Shown here in pieces: positions 16,987 through 25,209 of a stretch of DNA of 32,000 bases. Below the pieces are notes generated by a model. It worked only from the letters and a program-made list of their open reading frames with translations, was not told where the DNA came from and did not search any database. The DNA comes from Gammaproteobacteria bacterium. GTDB lineage: Bacteria; Pseudomonadota; Gammaproteobacteria; JBIOEC01. Positions within the stretch are counted from its first letter, which is position 1. Every line of letters begins with the position of its first letter. The stretch covers positions 720,001 to 752,000 of the forward strand of contig OZ257143.1 of assembly GCA_965279305.1 (NCBI GenBank), read 5' to 3'. Made by a program: the position numbers and the translations under genes.

Positions 16987-17409
16987 ATGATTCCCAACAA
17001 CTCAGATTTTCCCTGGTTAGCAGGATTGATTGGAGTAATCGCTTTGGTTGCCAGTCAAACTTCATGGTCTATGTCTGCTCGCGAAAGCCTAGTAGAGCAA
17101 AACTTAGCTCCAGTAGGACAAGTGAATGTGGCCGGCGCTCCCGCTCCTGGAAGTGCAGCTCCTGCTGCGCCCAGTGGAGAGTCTATTTATAATAAAGTAT
17201 GTGTGGCCTGCCATGCTTCAGGTGTATCAGGCGCTCCTATTTTAGGGGATAAATCGGCTTGGGCACCTCGTATTGCCTTAGGCGAAGATGCGTTAGTGAA
17301 AACGGCTATTAGCGGGATCAGAGCAATGCCTGCTAAAGGCGGTTGCATGAGCTGCTCTGACGCTGACATTAAAGCGTCGGTTGAGTATATGATCAAGAAA
17401 AGTTCATAA
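16987..17409 (+). CDS. Cytochrome c5-type monohaem cytochrome
   Basis: There is an N-terminal membrane anchor or signal, an Ala/Pro-rich linker, the haem site CVACHASG, and MPAKGGCMSCSD with the Cys pair typical of cytochrome c5. Confidence 0.8.
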   Translation: MIPNNSDFPWLAGLIGVIALVASQTSWSMSARESLVEQNLAPVGQVNVAGAPAPGSAAPAAPSGESIYNKVCVACHASGVSGAPILGDKSAWAPRIALGEDALVKTAISGIRAMPAKGGCMSCSDADIKASVEYMIKKSS

Positions 17410-17440
17410 CTTCTCTCTCTTTTCCTCCTTATATAAAACC

Positions 17441-17466
17441 AGCACCCAACCGGGTGCTTGCTTTTT
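17441..17466 (+). terminator. Rho-independent terminator after the cytochrome c5 gene
   Basis: The stem agcaccc (17441-17447) / gggtgct (17452-17458) has the loop aacc and is followed by tgcttttt. Confidence 0.75.
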
Positions 17467-17522
17467 GACCAATCGAAAAGTAAGATAAATGGCTATTTAG
17501 CAAAGAAGTGAGATTGTAGACC

Positions 17523-19901
17523 ATGCAAGCAGTAAGACTACCCCTAAGTGCAAGAACAACTTTATTAGCAGTTGCCCCCGTCAATAATGTTACTGTGATC
17601 AGTAATGCATTTGAGGCTGCACAGCGAGCCATAAAACAAGTGTGCATTAATATGAAGTTCGAGGGTCCAACTAGTGTTAGCACTAAAAATTTATTGATTT
17701 TAAGAACGAATAATAACGAGGTAGATCGCTTAACAAGGGCTACAGACGAAGACATTAAAACACTTTATTCAGAAGTAAAATCCACCAAAACACTAAAAGA
17801 CCAACAACGAGAAAAATTAAAACTATCCATCAATAGATGTAATAAAAAGACAGCGGCGTTATTGATAGAAAGAATCGTTTATTTATTGCAAATACTAATG
17901 GGCAGTCTCAGTTTAAAAACCTTTACCGATGAGTTTTGTAATAATGTTTTAATAAAAAATATTAATATTTTTTTAAACTACTTGGAGTCCTGGAGAAAAG
18001 CATTCCCTGAGGATAATGAAAAAGACATAGAGGAATTCATAGCTTTAGCTTCAAGCTCTGAACTAGACAACATTGGTTCAATTAGAAATTTAATAATCAA
18101 AGCTAAAGAATTAAGAGAAAAACTTTATATATATAGTAATAGTAAATTAGTAAAAGAGGTGGTCGAAAGTGCCGGTAGGTTAGTTGAAGTAAATGATACA
18201 CCATTTCCACCTTTTATAACTGCCAGATTGAATATCGATCTTTCATCAGAAAAATCAGTGATGTATTTCAATGATCTCGTAAAAGTAATAGTTAATATAA
18301 AGGATTATATTAAGGAGTTATCTCAAGATATTCAAAAGAAAGAACAATCAGACAAACTCATTTTCTTGGTTAAATCATTTTATGAGATTTGCAATGGAAT
18401 GCTAATTCAGTCTTCACATTTTGTCGATTTTGATGATGAATCGCGTTCAGAAAATCCTGGCGCTAGTTTGTTTTATTCGATTTATTTACATCTAAATGGA
18501 GATGGCCGGGATATTAAAGATATTCCTAAATCTGAAATGTTTAACTGTGTTAGAAATTTAATTGAAACGTGGCCCTCTCAAGATATGAATGTTCATCATA
18601 ATACTGTTCAGTTGTTTACAGGTTTGATGAATTTAAGAAATGAAAATTCATATTTTAAAGATCTGAAGTTTGAAAAAGATTCTCCTTATTATTTATCAAT
18701 GTATGGTGCTGTTACTGTTCATGATATTATAAATAATATAAAAGATTTATGTGGTTTTATTTTAAAATATGAATTCTATTTGGAAAATATTATTTCGTTT
18801 GTGGAGAATTGGTTGTCTACAGTTTCTGATAGATATGAATCCATTCTTAAAAAAGAGATTTCAAATGAAGAACAACGATCTAAACCTACAGTAGAGTTAC
18901 CAGCAGTGCATGTAGCTCGTCTTACAGAAGAAGAGATAGAAGCGATGATGATGGAGGAAGATACCCCGGGAAAGTCAGAATCAGGAAAAAGAAAGAAAAG
19001 AAAACCAAGAAATCGAAATAAGGTGGGATCTGCAGCTACTAAATCAGATAAATCTGAGGAGATTGAACCTGAATTAGTTGCATCTGAAGTGCTTGAGAGC
19101 GATCGTCAAGTAGTTGCTCATACAAAAGCTGAGCAAGTTGTAGAGCCAATTATACAAAAAAAAGAAGAACAACCAGCAGCAGATTTGTCACAAGAAGAGC
19201 CCCTAGTAGAAGAAAAAACAATCGCCCCTGTGCCTAATGCATTTGAAGCTCTTCCTAAAAGCATTGGTGAAGGCATAGACTCTTACAAAAAAGCACTTCA
19301 TCTTTGGAAAGATGCATTTGAATCTTTTGAAAGAAATAAAGACGTATCTTTAGTGGATCAACAAAGAATGTTTGATTTTTTTAGAATATTCCCTAAAAAG
19401 CCTGTTAGAGATCGATTTTCTGAAAGACATAAAGAAGTATTGGCTCAGATTAAAATGGTCGCCGATTATTTTATTCCTTTAGTTGAAAGCGCATATGCGC
19501 CTACGCTTGAAGTTTCTATTCCTATTGAAGTAATAGATCTAAGAGATGCTGAAAGTAAAATTAGTTTTATTGTTAATCAAATATCGGTATGTGTTAAAAA
19601 ATATGTAGAGCAGGCCGTCAATTATGAAGAATTACAAGGTTTTTTTGTTTCTGATGCTCAATATTTATTAACTGCTTTAAATGCGATTAATAGAATTCTA
19701 GAGGCCGATTGTAGTGGTAATTTAAGAAAATATGCTTTTGAATTTTCTAAAAATGAACTTTTACCCTATATGCCTGCTATAAAATCGGTGGCAAGAAATG
19801 CGGCTGGTTTTGTAGATAAAATAAATGATGCGGAAAGCGAATTTTATAGATTAGGACTTTCTGCGCCTGTAGCAACAAGAAATATGGCTGGACCTACTTA
19901 A
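17523..19901 (+). CDS. Large orphan protein (up to 792 aa), apparently mostly helical, with a central charged low-complexity linker
   Basis: This is a long uninterrupted ORF in very AT-rich DNA. My hand counts give about 20-30% GC in sampled 60-nt lines, against about 38-47% in neighbouring genes. I see no recognisable enzyme motifs. The start is uncertain (ATG 17523 or ATG 17652), and neither has a strong SD. Confidence 0.6.
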   Translation: MQAVRLPLSARTTLLAVAPVNNVTVISNAFEAAQRAIKQVCINMKFEGPTSVSTKNLLILRTNNNEVDRLTRATDEDIKTLYSEVKSTKTLKDQQREKLKLSINRCNKKTAALLIERIVYLLQILMGSLSLKTFTDEFCNNVLIKNINIFLNYLESWRKAFPEDNEKDIEEFIALASSSELDNIGSIRNLIIKAKELREKLYIYSNSKLVKEVVESAGRLVEVNDTPFPPFITARLNIDLSSEKSVMYFNDLVKVIVNIKDYIKELSQDIQKKEQSDKLIFLVKSFYEICNGMLIQSSHFVDFDDESRSENPGASLFYSIYLHLNGDGRDIKDIPKSEMFNCVRNLIETWPSQDMNVHHNTVQLFTGLMNLRNENSYFKDLKFEKDSPYYLSMYGAVTVHDIINNIKDLCGFILKYEFYLENIISFVENWLSTVSDRYESILKKEISNEEQRSKPTVELPAVHVARLTEEEIEAMMMEEDTPGKSESGKRKKRKPRNRNKVGSAATKSDKSEEIEPELVASEVLESDRQVVAHTKAEQVVEPIIQKKEEQPAADLSQEEPLVEEKTIAPVPNAFEALPKSIGEGIDSYKKALHLWKDAFESFERNKDVSLVDQQRMFDFFRIFPKKPVRDRFSERHKEVLAQIKMVADYFIPLVESAYAPTLEVSIPIEVIDLRDAESKISFIVNQISVCVKKYVEQAVNYEELQGFFVSDAQYLLTALNAINRILEADCSGNLRKYAFEFSKNELLPYMPAIKSVARNAAGFVDKINDAESEFYRLGLSAPVATRNMAGPT

Positions 19902-20647
19902 TGTGTGGATTCACTTAATAGATCGGGGTAGTTGGTAAAAATACCATCTACGCCCCAATCAAATAATTGTTGTGCAAAAGGGGATTCATTAACGGTATAG
20001 CACATTACTCCAAAGCCTAATTTTTTAATGGTAGCGATAACAGTTCCATCAGTAATATAACGATAATCTAAACTGACAGACTTACAGGAAAGCGAATTCA
20101 ATAAATTTAAATGGTCGGTCTCCCATTTATGTTTTATCAGTGTTAATGGAAGATGTGAATCAAATTCACGGGCCGCCAATAACGATTCTTCTTTAAAGCT
20201 GGATATAAGTGGGTAGGGCGCATGTGTCCAATGTTTTTTTAATAGCTCTAAAGTTTTCACGGTTGTTTTGGCTTCTTGCTTAGGCGCCGGTTTAATTTCT
20301 ATATTGGCCATCATTTGATATTGCTTCATCCACAACAAGACTTCCTCTAATGTGGGAATAGCCTCACCCGTAAATTCAGGGGCAAACCAGCGGCCGGCGT
20401 CTAGGCGTTTTACTTCTTTCAGGGTTAAGTCTGAAATGATTAAATCAGGTTGATCGGTGGTTCGGGTGGTTTTTTCATCATGAAAAATAATGGGCACTTC
20501 ATCGCGGGTAAGTACCACATCAAACTCCACCCATTTGGCCCCTAATTCGTGCGCTTTCTTAAATGAAATGAGGGTGTTTTCAGGCGCATAAGCACTAGCG
20601 CCACGATGTGCAATAAGTTTGGGAAGAATATATGGAGATGTTGTCAT
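19898..20647 (-). CDS. Glycerophosphodiester phosphodiesterase (GDPD family, UgpQ-like)
   Basis: The N-terminal IAHRGASAYAPENT, then VEFDV and IIFHD, are typical GDPD catalytic blocks. The size is 249 aa. Confidence 0.85.
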   Translation of the reverse strand: MTTSPYILPKLIAHRGASAYAPENTLISFKKAHELGAKWVEFDVVLTRDEVPIIFHDEKTTRTTDQPDLIISDLTLKEVKRLDAGRWFAPEFTGEAIPTLEEVLLWMKQYQMMANIEIKPAPKQEAKTTVKTLELLKKHWTHAPYPLISSFKEESLLAAREFDSHLPLTLIKHKWETDHLNLLNSLSCKSVSLDYRYITDGTVIATIKKLGFGVMCYTVNESPFAQQLFDWGVDGIFTNYPDLLSESTH

Positions 20648-20695
20648 AATGTTCGTATAATGGTTGCTCTAACAAATGATAGCATTCAATATAAT

Positions 20696-22858
20696 ATGAC
20701 TCCAGCCGATTTACTTGATGGGTTAAATCCCGCTCAATACGATGCCGTAACCACCGAAAAGAAGTACTTATTGGTGCTTGCTGGTGCGGGCAGTGGTAAA
20801 ACACGAGTATTGGCTCATCGTATGGCTTGGCTATTACATATTAATAGAGCCACGCCTTTTAGTATTTTGGCGGTAACTTTTACCAACAAAGCGGCTCATG
20901 AAATGCGCCGCCGAATTGAACATTTAGTAGGTGCACCGCTTCCTCATAGCTGGGTTGGCACTTTTCATGGATTAGCGCATCGCTTATTACGCCAGCATTG
21001 GCAAGAAGCCGGTTTACCTCAAGAATTTCAAGTATTAGATGCAGATGATCAGTTACGTATGATTAAACGTATTATGCGCGAACGCAGCATAGATGAGTCG
21101 CATTGGCCGCCTAAACAATTTCAATGGTTTATTAATGCGCGCAAAGATGAAGGGGTGCGTGCCGCTCACTTACCTACACCCTTTGATAAAGCCGGTATTT
21201 TGTTTCAACAAATGTATCAAGAATACGAACAGGCTTGCCAACGCTCAGGTTTAGTGGATTTTGCCGAATTATTATTACGGTCTTTTGAAATATTGCGTGA
21301 TAATCCCACTTTGCTTAGCAATTATCATAATCGTTTCAAACAAATTTTAGTGGATGAGTTTCAAGATACCAATTCATTGCAATATAAATGGTTAAAACTA
21401 TTAGCCGGCAGTGATGCAGAATTAATGATAGTAGGCGATGACGACCAATCGATTTATGGATGGCGCGGTGCTAAGATTGAAAATATTCATCAGTTTTCTA
21501 TTGATTATCCCGATGCACAAACATTACGTTTGGAACAAAATTATCGTTCTACTTCTACTATTTTGGATGCCGCCAATGCCTTAATTAGCCATAATACCGA
21601 TCGCTTAGGTAAAGAGTTATGGACGGAAGGTAATAAAGGCGAACTGATTTCTTTATACGCCGCCTTTAACGAATTAGATGAAGCTCGATTTATTGTAGAC
21701 CGCATACAAAACTGGGTGCGCACACAAGGTGGTAGTTATAGTGATGCAGCTATTTTATATCGTTCAAATGCGCAATCTCGCGTATTAGAAGAAGCTTTAT
21801 TACATGAAAATATTCCTTATCGTATTTTTGGTGGGCAACGATTTTTTGAACGTGCTGAAATTAAAGATGCTTTAGCTTATTTACGCTTAATTTCTAATCG
21901 AGATGATGATGGTGCATTTGAGCGCGTAGTGAATACGCCCACTCGCGGTATTGGAGAGCGCACCGTTGAATTATTACGTGAGCAAGCCAGAGGGATGTCA
22001 GGGTCATTATGGCGCGCTGCTGAAAAAATGATTCAAGAGGGAAGCTTATCAGGCCGTGCTGCCAATGCCGTGAATTTATTTTTAGAGTTAATTGGTGAGT
22101 TAGATATTTCTACTAAAGAAAAAGCATTAGATGAACAAATGGCTTATGTATTAGATCACAGCGGTTTAATACAGCATGTGCAAAATGAAAAAAGTGAACG
22201 CAGCTTAGCACGCTTGGAAAACTTACATGAATTAATCAGTGCGTGTAGAGAATTTGGAGAAGACAGAGAAGCCGATGAAACGATGTCGCCTTTAGTCGCG
22301 TTTGTTTCACATGCAGCTTTAGAATCAGGCGAAGGTCAAGCAGAAGGCATGACTGAGTGCGTGCAACTCATGACATTGCATACCGCCAAAGGTTTAGAAT
22401 TTCCTTTAGTATTTTTATCCGGTATGGAAGAAGGTTTATTCCCGCATGAACGTTCTAGAGAAGATATTACTCAACTCGAAGAAGAGCGACGCTTATGTTA
22501 TGTAGGCATGACGCGTGCCATGAAAAAATTATATTTAACCTGCGCTGAAGCGCGCCGTTTACATGGGCGAGAGCTGAATGCTTTTCCTTCACGGTTTATT
22601 CGTGAAATTCCTGCTGAATTAATAGAAGAAGTACGCTTGCGCCAAACCGTTATTCTTCCCCATCAAATGGAAGAAAGCCAAATAGAAGGTTTACGTTTAG
22701 GTCAACGGGTCAGACATCCTAAATTTGGTGAAGGCGTGATTGTGAATTACGAAGGCAAAGGTGCTCATGCCCGAGTAGAAGTGAAATTCCGTACCGATGG
22801 TACTAAATGGCTAGTATTGGCTTATGCCAACCTAGAACCCGCCGAGGATGTTTACTAA
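20696..22858 (+). CDS. uvrD: DNA helicase II (UvrD, SF1A)
   Basis: From ATG 20696 the protein reads MTPADLLDGLNPAQYDAV...LLVLAGAGSGKTRVL, which aligns with the E. coli UvrD N-terminus and gives 720 aa. Walker A GAGSGKT, motif II DEFQDT, TLHTAKGLEFP and VGMTRA are present. The 30 upstream codons of the ORF (20606-20695) overlap the divergent GDPD gene and are probably not translated. Confidence 0.93.
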   Translation: MTPADLLDGLNPAQYDAVTTEKKYLLVLAGAGSGKTRVLAHRMAWLLHINRATPFSILAVTFTNKAAHEMRRRIEHLVGAPLPHSWVGTFHGLAHRLLRQHWQEAGLPQEFQVLDADDQLRMIKRIMRERSIDESHWPPKQFQWFINARKDEGVRAAHLPTPFDKAGILFQQMYQEYEQACQRSGLVDFAELLLRSFEILRDNPTLLSNYHNRFKQILVDEFQDTNSLQYKWLKLLAGSDAELMIVGDDDQSIYGWRGAKIENIHQFSIDYPDAQTLRLEQNYRSTSTILDAANALISHNTDRLGKELWTEGNKGELISLYAAFNELDEARFIVDRIQNWVRTQGGSYSDAAILYRSNAQSRVLEEALLHENIPYRIFGGQRFFERAEIKDALAYLRLISNRDDDGAFERVVNTPTRGIGERTVELLREQARGMSGSLWRAAEKMIQEGSLSGRAANAVNLFLELIGELDISTKEKALDEQMAYVLDHSGLIQHVQNEKSERSLARLENLHELISACREFGEDREADETMSPLVAFVSHAALESGEGQAEGMTECVQLMTLHTAKGLEFPLVFLSGMEEGLFPHERSREDITQLEEERRLCYVGMTRAMKKLYLTCAEARRLHGRELNAFPSRFIREIPAELIEEVRLRQTVILPHQMEESQIEGLRLGQRVRHPKFGEGVIVNYEGKGAHARVEVKFRTDGTKWLVLAYANLEPAEDVY

Positions 22859-23658
22859 AGAGCAAACACTTCTTGTATCTCGGGTTTGTTATATTCAGCT
22901 TTCCCTACCTTTACTAATAAATTATCTAAGGGTTGATATTCTGCTTTACTATGGGTATGCCCGCATAGCACCAAGAAATTAATGGAACTATTTTCTTGAG
23001 CAACTTTCATAAGAACATCACCTAGTACCTTTGATGTAAAATAGGGTAGCCAATCATCATTACTTACCTTTCCTTCATATAAACTAGTCTCTTTGAAGGG
23101 TGGTACATGTGTTAACACAATGATATTTTCAGGAGATTGGGAAATGGCCTGGTGTAAATCATTTTGCAATTGCATGGCATCCATATCAGCCAACTCTCGC
23201 ATTTTTTCTAATAAATGTGATTTACTGAGTAATTTTTTTTGGAATAAATCGGCAATTAAAAGACTATCATTAATAGATACATTGCTATTAGAGTTACCTA
23301 AACGACCGTCAGCCCATCCGTCTTGGCCTAAGAGTAAAGTATTAGCATTTAATTTTTGGATCCCTGCTGCCGGTAACCAGAATAAGTGTTGATTCTCCTT
23401 TGTTAAAGAAGTCATTGATTCACGCACTTCTGTTATCTGGCCTCTGTAATAGTCATGATTTCCCAATATGAAATAGATGGGTTTTTTAATATGTTCAGCC
23501 ATCTCAATTAGACTATCACTCAAATCAGAGGCTTCTGCGATATCGCCACTAATAAACAATGCATCACATTTTAAATTAATAATTTCTTGATAGTATTTAA
23601 TACGAGTGGCTTTGTCCAAAAAATTAAGGTGAATATCGGTTAACCAAGCTGCATTCAT
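22855..23658 (-). CDS. Calcineurin-like metallophosphoesterase (resembles class III cyclic-nucleotide phosphodiesterases), third gene of the cassette
   Basis: All five canonical blocks are present in order: TDIHLN (DxH), SGDIAE (GD), GNHDYY (GNHD), LTHVPP (H) and CGHTHS (GHxH). The ATG lies 5 nt after the stop of the upstream nucleotidyltransferase gene. Confidence 0.8.
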   Translation of the reverse strand: MNAAWLTDIHLNFLDKATRIKYYQEIINLKCDALFISGDIAEASDLSDSLIEMAEHIKKPIYFILGNHDYYRGQITEVRESMTSLTKENQHLFWLPAAGIQKLNANTLLLGQDGWADGRLGNSNSNVSINDSLLIADLFQKKLLSKSHLLEKMRELADMDAMQLQNDLHQAISQSPENIIVLTHVPPFKETSLYEGKVSNDDWLPYFTSKVLGDVLMKVAQENSSINFLVLCGHTHSKAEYQPLDNLLVKVGKAEYNKPEIQEVFAL

Positions 23659-23663
23659 AAAAA

Positions 23664-24380
23664 TTACTCATTATTAGAACCTATCATTTTTTTGATACGT
23701 GCTATCACGATTTGAACGCGTTGCATGGTAGTTGGCCCTTCATTTAAATGGCCTGGCAATGCAACCAAAAACTGTTCATTGCTTAACATATTTTCAAAGA
23801 AATCTCGGATATAAGCTTTTAATTGATCGGTTGCTAGCAATACTTCGTCAGCAATCGTTGTTCTACCTGAAATAACATTAATGACATCTTCTAAATCATG
23901 ACTTTTTAAAAAATCATTATTACCTCTTCCTTTAAATGCTTCTATTTTAGTGGCAATAAAATAAGGTGCGGTAACGGATTTAATCATTACATCATCAGCA
24001 ATCTTATGAGGTATTGAATGCTCTAGTGCTTCCTTATACCAAGAATTACCAAAGCCAAGTATTTTGTCATTTAATGGCATGACATCTAAAATAATCTCAT
24101 CGTGATGCCAACGACAAATAATATCGTCCTTTATTGATTGTTTGAACCCTTTTTTCTCCAACCTTTTTGAAAATTTATTATATTCTCCTAATGATATAAC
24201 ATCAATAATACAATCTACATCTAATGTGGATCTGACATCAGAGGAAAGCGGATCATTAATAAATAAAGCAGTAGTGCAACCACCTAAATAGACAACTTCA
24301 TTATTAAGTTCTTCCAGCCTTCTTGCTATAATCTCTAGCATTGCTAAATTAGATGTAGCTTGGAAATATTTATTGCTCAT
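23664..24380 (-). CDS. Minimal nucleotidyltransferase-fold protein (AbiEii/DUF2204-like), second gene of the cassette
   Basis: The Pol-beta-type NTase signature is present: YLGGCTTAL (hGG), 17 residues, then LDVDCIIDV (DxD), with a third acidic strand IILDVMP. The downstream helix ATKIEAFKGRG...SHDLEDVINVI resembles the K...R(x)D...D segment of AbiEii-type proteins. The start ATG overlaps the upstream gene by 11 nt. Confidence 0.65.
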   Translation of the reverse strand: MSNKYFQATSNLAMLEIIARRLEELNNEVVYLGGCTTALFINDPLSSDVRSTLDVDCIIDVISLGEYNKFSKRLEKKGFKQSIKDDIICRWHHDEIILDVMPLNDKILGFGNSWYKEALEHSIPHKIADDVMIKSVTAPYFIATKIEAFKGRGNNDFLKSHDLEDVINVISGRTTIADEVLLATDQLKAYIRDFFENMLSNEQFLVALPGHLNEGPTTMQRVQIVIARIKKMIGSNNE

Positions 24381-24954
24381 GATTAATTCTTTCTTTTAAT
24401 AATTTAATTGCAATGTCTCGTTCTCTGGCGCGTCCGGCACGAATAGCATCCACTAATACTAACATTTCATAAAAAAGATTATCAGGGTATGTCGCTAACG
24501 ATTCAGGAACTGAACGATAAAGCGGTTCTAATGCTATGCCACGCTCTAAAATCAAATTACTATGATTATCTTCAGCATATGGCCAAACAGGAATAGGATC
24601 GTTGCCTAATATAATATGTTTTTTAAATATTGGAGCAGCATAGCTAGTAGGAATTCCACGCGTGTAGGTTCCAAATTCGGCGGGGAAGAAATATTTTACA
24701 CCAGATATTAAGCATTCTTCATAAGCTGATTTGATGGGTAAAAATACTAATTCTTTTTGCCTTCCTTCCCCTTGAAACATGGGCCCCATTAGTCCGGAAA
24801 GTACGAGCCGTTTAATGCCAGCGTTTACTTCTGAGGTGCTCATGCATAAAAGTGTGGCCAGTTTATTTTGAGATAAAGAGGCCAGATACCCTTTTGTTAA
24901 GGTCATGGTAGACATGATTTTCAAAAGAATAACAATATCTTGTGGTTTCAGCAT
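24370..24954 (-). CDS. Winged-helix DNA-binding protein with an uncharacterised C-terminal domain (AbiEi-like candidate), first gene of the cassette
   Basis: The N-terminal ~60 aa (PQDIVILLKI...NKLATLLCMSTSEVNAGIKRLVLSGLMG) has the helix-turn-helix-wing pattern of MarR/AbiEi-type wHTH domains. The size of 194 aa is like AbiEi antitoxins. A 35-bp palindrome lies 43 nt upstream of the start. Confidence 0.6.
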   Translation of the reverse strand: MLKPQDIVILLKIMSTMTLTKGYLASLSQNKLATLLCMSTSEVNAGIKRLVLSGLMGPMFQGEGRQKELVFLPIKSAYEECLISGVKYFFPAEFGTYTRGIPTSYAAPIFKKHIILGNDPIPVWPYAEDNHSNLILERGIALEPLYRSVPESLATYPDNLFYEMLVLVDAIRAGRARERDIAIKLLKERINHEQ

Positions 24955-24996
24955 GCTTTTATGCCTGTTTGATTAATTGGATATAGTATAGCATAA

Positions 24997-25031
24997 GCAT
25001 TCGCTATTCGCGAATCGCGAATAGCGAATGC
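24997..25031. promoter_or_regulatory. Perfect 35-bp palindrome, candidate operator of the wHTH-NTase-phosphoesterase cassette
   Basis: gcattcgctattcgcga-a-tcgcgaatagcgaatgc has 17-bp arms, a single central base and no mismatches, checked base by base. On the minus strand a TATACT -10 candidate (24985-24990) lies immediately downstream, so the palindrome covers the -35 and spacer region. Confidence 0.6.
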
Positions 25032-25080
25032 TGGTTGTCAGATCAGGTTGAAAGCAGCTTTTTGGACTAAAATGCTTCAT

Positions 25081-25110
25081 AATGGAGAATAGTCAAGACT
25101 ATTCTCCATT
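25081..25110. repeat. Inverted repeat forming a 13-bp stem and 4-nt loop hairpin
   Basis: aatggagaatagt-caag-actattctccatt is a perfect stem. On the minus strand it is followed by ATGAAGCATTTTAG, a weak T-run. It may terminate the small ORF at 25210-25437 and insulate it from the cassette promoter. Confidence 0.4.
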
Positions 25111-25159
25111 ACGCTTTGGAAAAGTCAGCTTTGAAAGAGCGGAGTGGGTTTAAAGCAGT

Positions 25160-25187
25160 CCCCTCTAGCCTACTTTGGGTAGAGGGG
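25160..25187. repeat. Inverted repeat (8-bp stem, 12-nt loop)
   Basis: cccctcta (25160-25167) pairs with tagagggg (25180-25187). There is no adjacent T-run on either strand. Confidence 0.3.
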
Positions 25188-25209
25188 ATATGGTAAAATC
25201 GCTAAAGAT

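Noticed and set aside
16797-19901. tRNA-Arg-linked genomic island carrying the AT-rich orphan gene
   Set aside because: The orphan gene lies on the 5' side of the tRNA and is separated from it by a conserved cytochrome c5 gene with its own terminator. I saw no integrase and no direct repeat of the tRNA 3' end. The compositional anomaly is kept as a finding, but the classical tRNA-island model is not supported.
20606-20695. 30-codon N-terminal extension of the uvrD ORF overlapping the divergent GDPD gene
   Set aside because: The alignment to the E. coli UvrD N-terminus begins at the Met at 20696 and gives exactly 720 aa. The extension (MCNKFGKNIWRCCHNV...) is not UvrD-like and would overlap the start of the GDPD gene.
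20648-20695. Possible SOS (LexA) box in the 48-bp divergent promoter region upstream of uvrD
   Set aside because: No CTGT-N8-ACAG-type palindrome is present. I saw only AT-rich TATAAT-like hexamers.
24975-25080. 35-codon mini-ORF (ATGAAGCATTTTAGT... on the minus strand) running through the 35-bp palindrome
   Set aside because: It has no SD and its sequence is dictated by the palindrome. It is more simply explained as non-coding promoter or operator DNA.
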